64,000 nucleotides of DNA from a bacterium. Its GTDB lineage: Bacteria; Pseudomonadota; Gammaproteobacteria; GCA-002705445; GCA-002716945. The DNA lies in assembly GCA_029979505.1 (NCBI GenBank), contig JAPOHH010000001.1:55034-119033 (forward strand). Reading direction: 5' to 3'. A program made the position numbers and the translations under genes. Below are positions 28,941 to 39,860 of the stretch, piece by piece (the stretch's first letter is position 1; every line of letters starts with the position of its first letter). The notes below the pieces were generated by a model, which was given only the letters and a program-made list of their open reading frames with translations, searched no databases and had not been told where the DNA came from.

Positions 28941-29933
28941 ATGTTTACAGATAGAGAAAAAATAATAATTAATAGCCTTGTGGAAGAGTATATATCCACA
29001 GGTGAGCCTGTTAGCTCAGAAAAATTACTGTCAAAATCAAAATTGAACTGCAGCACTGCTACTATTAGAAAAGATCTTAATAACCTCGAATCAGTTGGAT
29101 TTTTAGAAGCAACGCATACTTCATCTGGACGGATACCAACTGTTAGAGGATATAGATACTATATTGATCATAGTCTTATTAGAAAACCTTTATCTATTGA
29201 AGAGCAAACTGCTATCAAAAATTTAATAAATTCCGATATAGATAAAAACAATATATTATCTTCCACCACTGAACTAATATCAGAAATTTCTGATTTTGCC
29301 GCTGTTATTGGGTCGTTAGATATCGATAAAAAAATATTTCTAAAATTAGAAGTACATAAACTCTCATCCACAAAGGCATTAGCAGTTGTTATCATGGATA
29401 ATAATCACATCGATAATAAAATTATTGATATAAGTAATTTTAAACTTAGTAAACTTCATACTTGCGTTAACTACCTTAATGAAAACTTTTCAGGTATTGA
29501 GCTTAAAAGTATCCCTAAAATGCTTACAAATAGCTTGGAACGTATACGAGGCGAGATAGATACTGCACTAAAAGTGCTCAACAACTTCATGTATCCAGAT
29601 GTAGATGATTTTCTTATTAGGGGGCAGAGAAAATTAGTTGACTCAAAAGAGTTTTATGACATCGATAAAGTAAAAAATTTAGTTGAATTATTTGAGAAAA
29701 AACAAACTCTTAGAGAAATATTAACAAATTGTTTATCTAATGAAAGTATCCAGATATATATCGGGAACGAGTCAGGTAGTGAGTTATTAGCGGATTGCAG
29801 TGTGATATCTGCCCCATACAAAAAAAATAATGAAACAGTCGGAGTTCTTGGGGTAATAGGACCAAAGAGAATGAATTATCAAAGAATTGTGGAGATTGTG
29901 GATTTTACTGCTAAAATATTCTCGAAAATCTAA
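28941..29933 (+). CDS. hrcA: Heat-inducible transcription repressor HrcA
   Basis: N-terminal wHTH IINSLVEEYISTGEPVSS; sits at the head of the grpE-dnaK-dnaJ cluster. Confidence 0.85.
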   Translation: MFTDREKIIINSLVEEYISTGEPVSSEKLLSKSKLNCSTATIRKDLNNLESVGFLEATHTSSGRIPTVRGYRYYIDHSLIRKPLSIEEQTAIKNLINSDIDKNNILSSTTELISEISDFAAVIGSLDIDKKIFLKLEVHKLSSTKALAVVIMDNNHIDNKIIDISNFKLSKLHTCVNYLNENFSGIELKSIPKMLTNSLERIRGEIDTALKVLNNFMYPDVDDFLIRGQRKLVDSKEFYDIDKVKNLVELFEKKQTLREILTNCLSNESIQIYIGNESGSELLADCSVISAPYKKNNETVGVLGVIGPKRMNYQRIVEIVDFTAKIFSKI

Positions 29934-29942
29934 GAGGGTGAT

Positions 29943-30482
29943 ATGTCAGATAAAAACAAGATGAAAAATGAAGATAATTCAGAAGAGAAGGTTTCTAAAG
30001 TTAATGATGAGGATGATTCATTAAAAGATGAGCCAATCGAGAAATCATTCGAAGAAAAATATGCTGAAACTTACGATGCTCTTTTAAGAGCAAAGGCAGA
30101 AGTAGAAAATATAAAAAAAAGATCAGAAAAAGAAATAAGCAATGCATACAAATTTAGTACTGAAGGAATTTTTCTTGACCTAATACCTATTTTTGAATCT
30201 CTTGATATTGCTGTTATGCAAGATAGCAAAAATAGTAGTCTTGAGAGTCTTCAAGAAGGCAATAAGCTTCTTAAAAATATGTTTGACACATTTCTAGAAA
30301 AAAACTCACTCGAAGTAATAGATCCTATAAATCAAAAATTTGATCCAAACCTCCATCAAGCTATCAAAACTGTTACAAATGAAAAGAAAGATAACAATAC
30401 AATTGATGAAGTGCTTCAAAAAGGATACAAGCTTCTAGATAGAGTTATCAAACCTGCTCTTGTCGTAGTGATTAAAAATTAA
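29943..30482 (+). CDS. grpE: Nucleotide exchange factor GrpE
   Basis: Acidic N-terminus, coiled coil, and C-terminal region of GrpE type. Confidence 0.85.
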   Translation: MSDKNKMKNEDNSEEKVSKVNDEDDSLKDEPIEKSFEEKYAETYDALLRAKAEVENIKKRSEKEISNAYKFSTEGIFLDLIPIFESLDIAVMQDSKNSSLESLQEGNKLLKNMFDTFLEKNSLEVIDPINQKFDPNLHQAIKTVTNEKKDNNTIDEVLQKGYKLLDRVIKPALVVVIKN

Positions 30483-30545
30483 TTACTTGAAAAAATACAT
30501 TTAGTACATATATTACGGGTGTATTAATATCACGGGAGACAAAAA

Positions 30546-32492
30546 GTGGCAATTATAGGTATAGATTTAGGAACAACTAACTCATGTGTTTCCATCATGG
30601 ATGGAGATAAAACAAAAGTAATCGAAAACAGTGAAGGGGATAGAACCACTCCATCATATGTTGCTTTTACTGATGATAATGAGACTCTTGTAGGTCAATC
30701 TGCAAAGAGACAAGCTGTAACTAACCCATCGAATACACTTTACGCCATCAAAAGATTAATTGGTAGAAAATTTGACGAGGATGCTGTTCAGAAAGATATT
30801 AATCTAGTCCCTTATTCGATTGTTAAGAACACAAATGGAGATGCATGGGTAGAGGCTAATGGTAAAAAAATAGCTCCGCCTGAGGTGTCTGCTAAGATAC
30901 TTATGAAAATGAAACAAACAGCTGAAGATTATCTCGGTACAGATGTAAAAGAAGCTGTAATTACAGTACCCGCATACTTCAATGACTCTCAAAGACAAGC
31001 AACAAAAGATGCCGGAAAAATTGCTGGCTTAGACGTCAAAAGGATTATTAACGAACCAACCGCAGCAGCTTTAGCATATGGACTAGATAAAAACACAAAT
31101 GAAAAAAAGGTTGTCGTTTATGACCTTGGTGGAGGAACATTTGATGTTTCAATCATTGAAATGACAAAAATAGATGACGAGCAGCAATTTGAAGTTTTAT
31201 CAACAAGCGGAGATACTTTTTTAGGTGGTGAGGATTTTGATCTCAGACTTATTGATTACCTTGTAGATGAATTCAAAAAAGACCAAGGCATCGATCTTAA
31301 ACAAGATCCTTTAGCAATACAAAGACTTAAAGAAGCAGCTGAGAAAGCAAAGATTGAATTGTCATCAAGCTCACAAACAGATATTAATCTTCCATATGTT
31401 ACAGCAGATGCATCTGGACCTAAGCATATGAATCTTAAATTAAGTAGAGCTAAATTAGAGTCTTTAGTGGATGACCTCGTTCAAAAAACTTTAGAACCTT
31501 GCAAAACAGCTTTGAAAGACGCGGGAATTTCTGTCAGTGATATTGGAGAAGTTATTCTTGTTGGTGGGCAAACTCGTATGCCTAAAGTCCAAGAGACTGT
31601 CAAAGACTTTTTTAATAGAGAGCCTAAAAAAGATGTTAACCCTGATGAGGCAGTTGCAATGGGAGCTGCTATACAGGCAGGTGTTTTAGGTGGAGATGTT
31701 AAGGATGTGTTGTTACTGGATGTAACCCCACTTACACTTGGTATTGAGACAATGGGCGGAGTTAGAACTCCACTAATTGACAAAAATACCACCATACCAA
31801 CTAAAAAATCTCAGGTATTTTCTACAGCAGAAGATAATCAGCCTGCTGTTACCGTACATGTTCTTCAAGGCGAGAGAGAAGTTGCTTCCGGAAATAAATC
31901 ATTAGGCAAATTTGATTTATCAGACATACCTCCCGCTCCAAGAGGCACACCTCAGATTGAGGTTACTTTTGATATTGATGCAAACGGTATATTGAATGTC
32001 TCTGCAAAAGATAAAGCAACAGGTAAAGAACAGTCCATCATTATCAAAGCTTCTAGCGGTCTCAGTGAAGAAGAAATAAATAATATGGTTAAGGATGCTG
32101 AAAAACATGCAGAAGAAGATAAGAAAGTTAAAGAGCTTGTTGAAACAAAAAATCAAGCAGAAGCGATGATAAATGGTTCTGAAAAAGCTATTAAAGATCT
32201 CGGTGACAAAGCAGATAAGGGTGATGTAGAAGCTACAAATAAAGCTATTGAAGATTTAAAAGAAGCGATTAAATCTGATGATGTAGAAAAAATCAAAGAA
32301 CTAACCATGAAGTTGACTGAAGTTGCAGGTAAGATTGCTCAACAAGCATATCAAGAGCAAGCTCAAGCAGATGGTAGTACGTCTCAAGCTGACACTGGGG
32401 ATAACTCATCCAACACATCTAAAGATGCTGTAGATGCTGAATTTGAAGAGGTTGATGATAATAAAGATGAACCTAAAGAAAATTCTAAATAA
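30546..32492 (+). CDS. dnaK: Chaperone DnaK (Hsp70), GTG start
   Basis: [11 protein letters not shown] and DLGGGTFD motifs. GGGAG SD lies 7 nt upstream of the GTG. Confidence 0.97.
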   Translation: MAIIGIDLGTTNSCVSIMDGDKTKVIENSEGDRTTPSYVAFTDDNETLVGQSAKRQAVTNPSNTLYAIKRLIGRKFDEDAVQKDINLVPYSIVKNTNGDAWVEANGKKIAPPEVSAKILMKMKQTAEDYLGTDVKEAVITVPAYFNDSQRQATKDAGKIAGLDVKRIINEPTAAALAYGLDKNTNEKKVVVYDLGGGTFDVSIIEMTKIDDEQQFEVLSTSGDTFLGGEDFDLRLIDYLVDEFKKDQGIDLKQDPLAIQRLKEAAEKAKIELSSSSQTDINLPYVTADASGPKHMNLKLSRAKLESLVDDLVQKTLEPCKTALKDAGISVSDIGEVILVGGQTRMPKVQETVKDFFNREPKKDVNPDEAVAMGAAIQAGVLGGDVKDVLLLDVTPLTLGIETMGGVRTPLIDKNTTIPTKKSQVFSTAEDNQPAVTVHVLQGEREVASGNKSLGKFDLSDIPPAPRGTPQIEVTFDIDANGILNVSAKDKATGKEQSIIIKASSGLSEEEINNMVKDAEKHAEEDKKVKELVETKNQAEAMINGSEKAIKDLGDKADKGDVEATNKAIEDLKEAIKSDDVEKIKELTMKLTEVAGKIAQQAYQEQAQADGSTSQADTGDNSSNTSKDAVDAEFEEVDDNKDEPKENSK

Positions 32493-33610
32493 TGGCAAAA
32501 GCTGATTATTATACGCTTCTAGGCGTTTCTCGAGATGCATCAGATCAAGAGTTAAAAAAAGCTTACAAAAAGTTAGCTATGAAATATCACCCGGATCGAA
32601 ATCAGGGTGATAAAGAAGCTGAAGCCAAATTTAAGGAAGTTTCAGAAGCATATGAAGTCTTAACTGACCAAAGTAAGAGACAAGCGTATGATCAATTTGG
32701 CCATGAAGGACTTGATCAGAGATTTGGTCAAAATGGAGGTTTTCAAGGAGGATCATTTAATGATATTTTCGGTGACGTATTCGGGGATATTTTTGGTGGC
32801 GGTTCAAGATCTCAAAGCCAACCAAGAAGAGGTTCAGATTTAGAGTATAGAATTGAAATTGCATTAGAAGAAGCCATCAAAGGTAAAGAGGTAAAAATGA
32901 GTGTACCTCGAAAAATTAATTGTAAGTCATGCAAAGGTACCGGAGCAAAGGACGGCACCTCAATGAAATCATGCAGCCATTGTAATGGTCAAGGGCAGGT
33001 TCGGGTTAGTCAAGGTTTTTTCTCGGTGCAACAAACATGTCCAGTTTGCAAGGGAAGAGGTTCTGTGATTGAGGAGCGCTGTACTGATTGTGGCGGTTCC
33101 GGATTTAAACAAGAAACAAAAAAACTTGCAGTAAAAATACCAGCTGGCGTTGATACCGGTGATCAAATCAGGCTTTCAGGTGAAGGTGAGGCTGGACCCA
33201 ATAACGGTGTATCAGGAGATCTCTATGTAACTGTTAAAGTAAAGCCACATAAAATCTTTCAAAGAGATGGAGATGATATCTTGTGTGAAGCTCCAGTAAG
33301 TTTCACTAAAGCAACGCTTGGAGGGAAAATTATTTTACCTACATTGGATGGTAAAGTGGAGTTGACAGTTCCAGCTGGCACACAAAGTGGCAGAGCATTT
33401 AGAATTAAAAATAAAGGAGTTAAGTCGGTAAGATCATCGTATAAAGGAGATTTATACTGTAAAGTAAATATTGAAACACCTGTCAACCTAACTAAGGAAC
33501 AGAAGGAATTATTGAATAAACTTGATGAATCTTTTTCTAAAAGCAAATCTAAACATAGGCCAAATGAAAAATCATGGTTAGATAGCATTAAGGAATTTTT
33601 TGACAAATGA
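32492..33610 (+). CDS. dnaJ: Chaperone DnaJ
   Basis: J-domain HPD motif (YHPDRN), Gly/Phe-rich linker, four CxxCxGxG zinc-finger repeats. Confidence 0.95.
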   Translation: MAKADYYTLLGVSRDASDQELKKAYKKLAMKYHPDRNQGDKEAEAKFKEVSEAYEVLTDQSKRQAYDQFGHEGLDQRFGQNGGFQGGSFNDIFGDVFGDIFGGGSRSQSQPRRGSDLEYRIEIALEEAIKGKEVKMSVPRKINCKSCKGTGAKDGTSMKSCSHCNGQGQVRVSQGFFSVQQTCPVCKGRGSVIEERCTDCGGSGFKQETKKLAVKIPAGVDTGDQIRLSGEGEAGPNNGVSGDLYVTVKVKPHKIFQRDGDDILCEAPVSFTKATLGGKIILPTLDGKVELTVPAGTQSGRAFRIKNKGVKSVRSSYKGDLYCKVNIETPVNLTKEQKELLNKLDESFSKSKSKHRPNEKSWLDSIKEFFDK

Positions 33611-34326
33611 ACAGTAAGATTGCTATAAACGGATTCTTTGGAAGAATGGGGCAGTCTATTTATAATCTTTCAAAGAAAAATAAATTTAATGTCACAGTAG
33701 GTTGTGATAAGAAAGAGAAAATATCTCAAGAATCTGAAATACTATTACTGAGCGATCTATCTAGTAATCCAGAATCTTTTGATGTAGTAATAGATTTTAC
33801 TCTACCTGAACCTAGCATAGATGCCGTTAAGATTTGCGAATCATTATCCAAACCAATCACTATTGGAACTACAGGATTTAATAAAAATCAGAAAGAGTAT
33901 TTATTATCTGCAAGTAAAAATATTCCTCTGTTACTAGCTCCTAATATGAGCCTTGGAGTAAATGCAACTTTGAAATCAATATCTGAACTATCAAAATTAT
34001 TGCCAAACTATGAGATATCTATAGAAGAAACACATCATAAAAATAAAATTGATTCCCCATCAGGTACAGCACTTAAAATAGCAGAAGTAGTTGCTGAATC
34101 ACGCGATATCAAGCCAGCAGATATTAATATTAAATCATATAGAGAAGATGGTGAAATTGGCGTTCACAAAACTATATTTAAATCAGATGATGATGAAATA
34201 ATAATTTATCACAATGCATATAATAGAGAAATATTTGCTCTAGGTGCTTTGGAGACCTCACAGTGGATTGCTAAACAAAAGCCAGGTTTTTATACATATC
34301 AAAATTATATGGAAGATGGCTCATGA
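33607..34326 (+). CDS. dapB: 4-hydroxy-tetrahydrodipicolinate reductase
   Basis: N-terminal Rossmann motif INGFFGRMG. Downstream of dnaJ, as in Pseudomonas-type synteny. Confidence 0.85.
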   Translation: MNSKIAINGFFGRMGQSIYNLSKKNKFNVTVGCDKKEKISQESEILLLSDLSSNPESFDVVIDFTLPEPSIDAVKICESLSKPITIGTTGFNKNQKEYLLSASKNIPLLLAPNMSLGVNATLKSISELSKLLPNYEISIEETHHKNKIDSPSGTALKIAEVVAESRDIKPADINIKSYREDGEIGVHKTIFKSDDDEIIIYHNAYNREIFALGALETSQWIAKQKPGFYTYQNYMEDGS

Positions 34327-35246
34327 ATATAGGTGTAGTATTTCCTGGTCAAGGCTCTCAAAATAAATCCATGTTAGATACATTTGAAGACTCTGTAATA
34401 TTCAATGACACTATCGATGAAGGCTCTAATATATTAGGATATGAGATTCGAAGTGTCATAACTGAAGATGATAAAATAAACAATACTATATACACACAAC
34501 CTCTGATGTTGGCAGTTTCATATGCAATGTGGAAGACTTTGATAAATGAAGTAAATTTAAAAATTTCATTAGGAGCAGGACATAGTCTTGGGGAGTACAC
34601 AGCACTCGTAGCTAATGGAACACTAGGGTTTAAAGAAGGCCTTTTATTAGTCAAGAAACGTGCAGAACTTATGTCAAAGGCTATGGAGAATGTAAATGGA
34701 GCAATGGCTGCAGTAATTGGACTAGACGGTTCAGAAGTTGAGCAATTATGTAAAGAAATATCAACAGATGATGCAGTTGTAGAAGCAGTAAATTATAATT
34801 GTCCAGGTCAAACTGTTATAGCTGGGCATGCATCTGCGATTGATAATATTACAACTGTATTAAAAAATGCTGGTGCAAAAATTGTTAAGAAATTACCAGT
34901 GTCACTAGCTGCCCATACAAGTTTATTACAAGATGTTTCTGGACAATTAGAAGATGAATTAAAAAATATAAAACTTTCACAAAGCTCTTTTGACATAGTA
35001 CATAATTTTGATTTATCTCGAGGAGGTACACATGACGATCTTCACAAAGTTTTATCTCAGCAAGTTTGTTCACCTGTTAGATGGATAGAAACTATGGAAA
35101 TATTCAAATCAAATAATATAACTCATATTATTGAAATTGGACCTGGGAACGTTCTGTCAGGTCTGATTAAACGATTTGACAAATCTGTAAATACGTACTC
35201 AACAAAAACAATTGAAGATATCAAATTAACTGCACAAGCATTATAA
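34323..35246 (+). CDS. fabD: Malonyl CoA-ACP transacylase
   Basis: VFPGQGSQ and GHSLGEY active-site motifs. Confidence 0.92.
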   Translation: MNIGVVFPGQGSQNKSMLDTFEDSVIFNDTIDEGSNILGYEIRSVITEDDKINNTIYTQPLMLAVSYAMWKTLINEVNLKISLGAGHSLGEYTALVANGTLGFKEGLLLVKKRAELMSKAMENVNGAMAAVIGLDGSEVEQLCKEISTDDAVVEAVNYNCPGQTVIAGHASAIDNITTVLKNAGAKIVKKLPVSLAAHTSLLQDVSGQLEDELKNIKLSQSSFDIVHNFDLSRGGTHDDLHKVLSQQVCSPVRWIETMEIFKSNNITHIIEIGPGNVLSGLIKRFDKSVNTYSTKTIEDIKLTAQAL

Positions 35247-35255
35247 TAATTTTAT

Positions 35256-35984
35256 ATGAAAGATAAAATAATATTAATAACAGGTGCTAATCGAGGTATA
35301 GGTCTTAACATACTTGATAAAATCTCAAAATGTGGTTATACAGTCATTGGTACTTCGCGTTCTGAGTCAGGCTTAGATGTAATATCCAATACTCTAGAAA
35401 ATTCAAATGGTGAAGGTATCATTATGGATGTCACTAATCAAGATTCTATAGATAAAGCAGTAAGTATCATTAGAGATAAGTATGGTGCAGTTTATGGGCT
35501 AGTTAATAACGCAGGTATTACTCAAGATAATCTTTTAATGCGCATGTCAGAAGAAGAATGGTCTTCAGTAATTGAGACCAACTTAACGTCTTTATACAGA
35601 GTTACAAAGTCTGTTGTTAAAGACATGATGAAAGCTAGAGTTGGAAGAATAGTTAATATTGGTTCAATTGTAGGTTTAATGGGTAATGCTGGGCAATCAA
35701 ATTATTCTGCAACCAAAGCAGGACTTCTAGGTTTTACTAAATCACTAGCTCGAGAACTCTCATCAAGAAATATTAATGTAAATTCTGTTTCACCAGGATT
35801 TATTGAAACAGATATGACTAAAGCGTTATCTCCAGAACAGATTGAAGCGCTAACTAAAAACATCCCTCTAGGAAGAATTGCATCGCCAGAAGAAGTATCT
35901 AATGTAATTACTTTTTTACTATCTGACGAATCATCTTACATCACAGGTGAAAATATTAATGTAAATGGCGGCTTATATATGTAA
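35256..35984 (+). CDS. fabG: 3-oxoacyl-[ACP] reductase
   Basis: SDR motifs TGANRGIG and YSATKAG. Confidence 0.9.
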   Translation: MKDKIILITGANRGIGLNILDKISKCGYTVIGTSRSESGLDVISNTLENSNGEGIIMDVTNQDSIDKAVSIIRDKYGAVYGLVNNAGITQDNLLMRMSEEEWSSVIETNLTSLYRVTKSVVKDMMKARVGRIVNIGSIVGLMGNAGQSNYSATKAGLLGFTKSLARELSSRNINVNSVSPGFIETDMTKALSPEQIEALTKNIPLGRIASPEEVSNVITFLLSDESSYITGENINVNGGLYM

Positions 35985-36041
35985 AAATACATATTATTTT
36001 AACTTAATCTAATTTAATTTTTCGGTAAGGAGAAAACAATA

Positions 36042-36275
36042 ATGAGCAGTATAGAAGAAAGAGTAAAAGGTATCATTGTTACTCAGTTGGGGGTAAAAGC
36101 GGAAGAGGTGAAAAATGAGTCAAAATTTATAGATGATTTAGGCGCAGATTCGCTTGATACTGTTGAATTAGTGATGGCATTAGAAGAAGAATTTGAGACT
36201 GAAATTCCTGATGAAGATGCTGAAAAAATAACCTCTGTTCAAGAAGCCATAGATTACGTAAACTCAAATCAATAA
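36042..36275 (+). CDS. acpP: Acyl carrier protein
   Basis: Phosphopantetheine attachment motif [19 protein letters not shown]. Confidence 0.95.
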   Translation: MSSIEERVKGIIVTQLGVKAEEVKNESKFIDDLGADSLDTVELVMALEEEFETEIPDEDAEKITSVQEAIDYVNSNQ

Positions 36276-37519
36276 TGACTAAAAGACGCGTTGTAGTCAC
36301 AGGTATAGGGTGCTTAACTTCTATCGGCTGCTCAAAAGATAGTTTTTGGGATTCTCTTATGAAAGGTAAGTCTGGTGCCCAAACTATTGATTTTTTAGAC
36401 ACAGAAAAACTTCCCGTAAAGTTTTCAGCATCAGTAAAAGATTTTGACTCTGATAAATATTTTGATAGAAAAGAACTAAAAAAAATGGATCTTTTCATGC
36501 AGTATGGTATGGCGGCTGGTATAGACGCAGTACAAGATTCAAAGATTTTAGAGTCTAATGTTGATCATAACCGCATAGGTGTTTCTATAGGTTCTGGGAT
36601 AGGTGGATTACCAAATATAGAAACAACCAGGGACACCTTCCAAAAAAGCGGATCTAGAAGAATATCTCCATTTTTTGTTCCAGCAACAATTATCAATATG
36701 ATATCAGGTAATCTCTCTATCAAATATGGCTTTAAAGGCCCTAATCTATCCATAGTTACTGCATGCACCACTGGAACACACAATATAGGGGAGGGTTTTC
36801 GACAAATTCAATATTCTCATGCTGACGTAATGATTTGTGGTGGTGCTGAGATGGCAACATCAGACCTAGGAATAGGAGGCTTTGCTGCAGCTAGAGCATT
36901 ATCTACAAGAAATGATTCCCCAGAGACTGCAAGTAGACCTTGGGACACAGATCGAGATGGTTTCGTTCTTGGTGATGGGGCAGGTGTATTAGTATTAGAA
37001 GAACTTGAACACGCAAAAAGCAGAGGCGCAACTATTTATGCTGAATTAAATGGCTATGGAATGAGTGCTGATGCATTTCATATGACTCTACCATCAGAGA
37101 CAGGTGAAGGGGCTTCTAGATGCATGACTTTAGCTTTGAGTGATGCAGAACTAAATCCTAGCGAAATTAATTACATCAATGCACATGGAACATCTACTCC
37201 TGCGGGAGATATACTAGAACTCAAAGCAGTAAAGAAAACATTTGGTGATCATTCTAAAAATATAGTAATTAATTCATCAAAATCAATGATAGGACACCTT
37301 TTGGGTGCAGCTGGCGGTGTTGAAGCGATTGTTTGTATATTATCTATAATGAACAAATCTATTCACCAAACAATTAATGTATCAAACCTTGATAATGAAT
37401 GTGATCTTAATGTTAATCACAAGTCAGCTGTTGATTGTGATATCAACTATGCGTTATCAAATTCATTTGGATTTGGTGGTACAAATGGATCTTTGATTTT
37501 CTCAAAATTTAAAGATTAA
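36275..37519 (+). CDS. fabF: 3-oxoacyl-[ACP] synthase II
   Basis: KAS II core with active-site Cys in VTACTTG and His residues in NAHGTSTPAGD and GHLLGAAG. Confidence 0.95.
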   Translation: MTKRRVVVTGIGCLTSIGCSKDSFWDSLMKGKSGAQTIDFLDTEKLPVKFSASVKDFDSDKYFDRKELKKMDLFMQYGMAAGIDAVQDSKILESNVDHNRIGVSIGSGIGGLPNIETTRDTFQKSGSRRISPFFVPATIINMISGNLSIKYGFKGPNLSIVTACTTGTHNIGEGFRQIQYSHADVMICGGAEMATSDLGIGGFAAARALSTRNDSPETASRPWDTDRDGFVLGDGAGVLVLEELEHAKSRGATIYAELNGYGMSADAFHMTLPSETGEGASRCMTLALSDAELNPSEINYINAHGTSTPAGDILELKAVKKTFGDHSKNIVINSSKSMIGHLLGAAGGVEAIVCILSIMNKSIHQTINVSNLDNECDLNVNHKSAVDCDINYALSNSFGFGGTNGSLIFSKFKD

Positions 37520-37527
37520 TTTCTAGC

Positions 37528-38334
37528 TTGAAAATTCAAGTACACATAAATAAAAAAACTGTTTCTATAAATGATAGAGCATTTAATTACGGTGATGGAA
37601 TATTTGAAACTATTCTAGTAAAAAACAATAAACCTGAGTTAATTAATCAACATATTAATAGACTTGCGATAGGATGTGAAAGATTAAATATTAGATTTCC
37701 AGGTATAAAAATTTTAAAAGACTCTATTAAAAAATCAATAGGATTAACTAATGAGTGTATTATAAAAATTATTTATACTAGAGGGATAAGTGAGCATGGA
37801 TACGGATATGATTTGTCAATTATTCCTCAACTTTACATAATTAAGAAAAAGAGAAATCTTAACATCATTAAAAAATTTATTACCCTTGGGTACTCTAAAT
37901 ACAATCTCTCAGATAATAGTCGTCTATCTAAAATTAAACATAATAATCGTTTAGAACAAGTATTGGGATATGCTCACAAAGAAAAAGGTGTTTATGATAA
38001 CTACATCATGATGACTAAAAATCAGGAAATCATAGAATGTATAAATTCAAATATCTTCTTTTATACATATAATGGTAACTTTATTGTATACACACCTTTA
38101 TTGAATTCATCAGGTGTGGACGGCATAGTCAAACAAGAAATTATACATATGTTAAAAAAGAAAAAAATTATTGTTAAAAATATAAAAATAAAAAAATCTG
38201 AAATTAACTTATTTGACGGATGCTTTATTTGTAACTCTGTAAACGGTGTTCAATTTGTTAATAAAATAAATAATCAGAGTATGAATCATGTTGAACATTT
38301 GGAAGAATTGGTAGATAAATATATATATGAATAA
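37528..38334 (+). CDS. pabC: Aminodeoxychorismate lyase (class IV aminotransferase fold)
   Basis: Position after fabF; N-terminus NYGDGIFETILV is typical of PabC/IlvE-fold enzymes. Confidence 0.7.
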   Translation: MKIQVHINKKTVSINDRAFNYGDGIFETILVKNNKPELINQHINRLAIGCERLNIRFPGIKILKDSIKKSIGLTNECIIKIIYTRGISEHGYGYDLSIIPQLYIIKKKRNLNIIKKFITLGYSKYNLSDNSRLSKIKHNNRLEQVLGYAHKEKGVYDNYIMMTKNQEIIECINSNIFFYTYNGNFIVYTPLLNSSGVDGIVKQEIIHMLKKKKIIVKNIKIKKSEINLFDGCFICNSVNGVQFVNKINNQSMNHVEHLEELVDKYIYE

Positions 38335-38950
38335 TAAATTTATTATAGTTGAAGGAAGTGAAGGTGTTGGCAAATCATCACAAATAAAAACTATCGAAAA
38401 TTATCTAATCAGTAATAAAATTGATTATATTCTTACTCGAGAACCTGGCGGAACTCAAACAGGTGAGCAAATTAGAAAAATCATATTAGATAAAAATAAT
38501 GATACAAATGAGTTGTCAGACGCTTTACTTTTTTACGCTTCCAGATATGAAAATTATACTAAAAATATTTTACCTGCTCTTGATTCTGGAAAAACAGTTG
38601 TATGTGATAGATTCCACTATTCAACTTTAGTTTATCAAGGGATAGTTGGGGATAATTCTACCGTAAGAGACCTACATCATATATTCAATGAGATTTATAA
38701 AAAGACTATAGATCATGTAATATATTTTTATACAGACCCAGATGAAAGTTTGAAAAGAATTTCAAGACGATCAGTTACAGATAAATTTGAAAGTAAAGGT
38801 TTAAGCTTTCTAGAAAATATATCTAATGCATACGAAGTAGTATTCAGAAATATGAAAAATATTACAAAGATTGAAACAACCGGAAATAAAAGTGCTACAG
38901 AAAAGATTCTAGTAAAATCATTAGATGAAATATTTTTTACAAATGATTAA
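38327..38950 (+). CDS. tmk: Thymidylate kinase
   Basis: P-loop FIIVEGSEGVGKSS; DRF motif. Confidence 0.85.
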   Translation: MNNKFIIVEGSEGVGKSSQIKTIENYLISNKIDYILTREPGGTQTGEQIRKIILDKNNDTNELSDALLFYASRYENYTKNILPALDSGKTVVCDRFHYSTLVYQGIVGDNSTVRDLHHIFNEIYKKTIDHVIYFYTDPDESLKRISRRSVTDKFESKGLSFLENISNAYEVVFRNMKNITKIETTGNKSATEKILVKSLDEIFFTND

Positions 38951-39842
38951 CCAGCTTATAATTGATAATGTATCCAGAAACTATTTGATAATATCTATGA
39001 ATAAAAATGATAGATATTTATCTGTGATTAATAAAATTTGTAGTGATTTAGATATAACTGTTGATTCAATAATTAATAATCCAGATATTAAATACGTTGC
39101 ATTGCCCATAGTTGATAAAATCGGAAAAATTATTGATTCAGTATCTAACGAAAATATTTTACTCAATTCATATGGATTAATTGATAAAATTGATTCTAAT
39201 AAAATTGGAACTGAAATTACTATCAGCCAAATACGAGAATTAATTTCTTTTACTCAGATATCAGCACACAAAAATAAAAAAATTGTAATTATTAATGATG
39301 CATCTAAAATGAACAAAGAAGCATCTTCTGCCTTGTTAAAAACTCTTGAGGAGGTCTCTTCTAATTGTACTTTTATTTTAATTTCTGATTCCTGCAACGG
39401 GATAGATGCGACAATACAAAGCAGATGCCAAAAAATCTTTATAGAAGAAAATACTAATCAAGATTATAATAATTTTAAAGATTTCTTCTACTTGAATCAT
39501 TCTTTTTTGAAAAGTATTGAGTCTGAATATAATATAAGCAATCTTATAGATGATACAGTAAAACAAATTGAAGGATTACTGGGTAATACAATTGATCCCG
39601 TTGACACCTCAATCTCGTGGAGCAAGTTGTCACCAAAACTGATATTAGAGATAGTTTCACTATACGTAGTTTATGTAGTTAAAAATATATTATCATCCAG
39701 TAAAAAGATTAAAATATCTGAAAAGAATCTTAAAAAACTTAATCATATATATGAATTAATTCCTGATATTAAACAAAATATCAATATGAATATTAATTCA
39801 AAATACATCCTCAATAACTTAGCAATTGAATTAGCAAGTTAA
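38925..39842 (+). CDS. holB: DNA polymerase III delta' subunit (divergent)
   Basis: Position after tmk; motif KIVIINDASKMNKEASSALLKTLEE resembles the delta' sensor region. Confidence 0.6.
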   Translation: MKYFLQMINQLIIDNVSRNYLIISMNKNDRYLSVINKICSDLDITVDSIINNPDIKYVALPIVDKIGKIIDSVSNENILLNSYGLIDKIDSNKIGTEITISQIRELISFTQISAHKNKKIVIINDASKMNKEASSALLKTLEEVSSNCTFILISDSCNGIDATIQSRCQKIFIEENTNQDYNNFKDFFYLNHSFLKSIESEYNISNLIDDTVKQIEGLLGNTIDPVDTSISWSKLSPKLILEIVSLYVVYVVKNILSSSKKIKISEKNLKKLNHIYELIPDIKQNINMNINSKYILNNLAIELAS

Positions 39843-39860
39843 TCATAATACTATCCACAT

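Noticed and set aside
30483-30545. Sigma-32 heat-shock promoter upstream of dnaK
   Set aside because: Only the -35-like CTTGAAA is convincing. The -10 region (ACATATAT) matches CCCCATNT poorly. Not supportable as a feature.
37528-38950. Absence of mltG (yceG) between pabC and tmk, relative to the E. coli pabC-mltG-tmk-holB order
   Set aside because: pabC and tmk overlap by 8 nt and nothing is disrupted. This is most likely lineage-specific gene order rather than a deletion scar.
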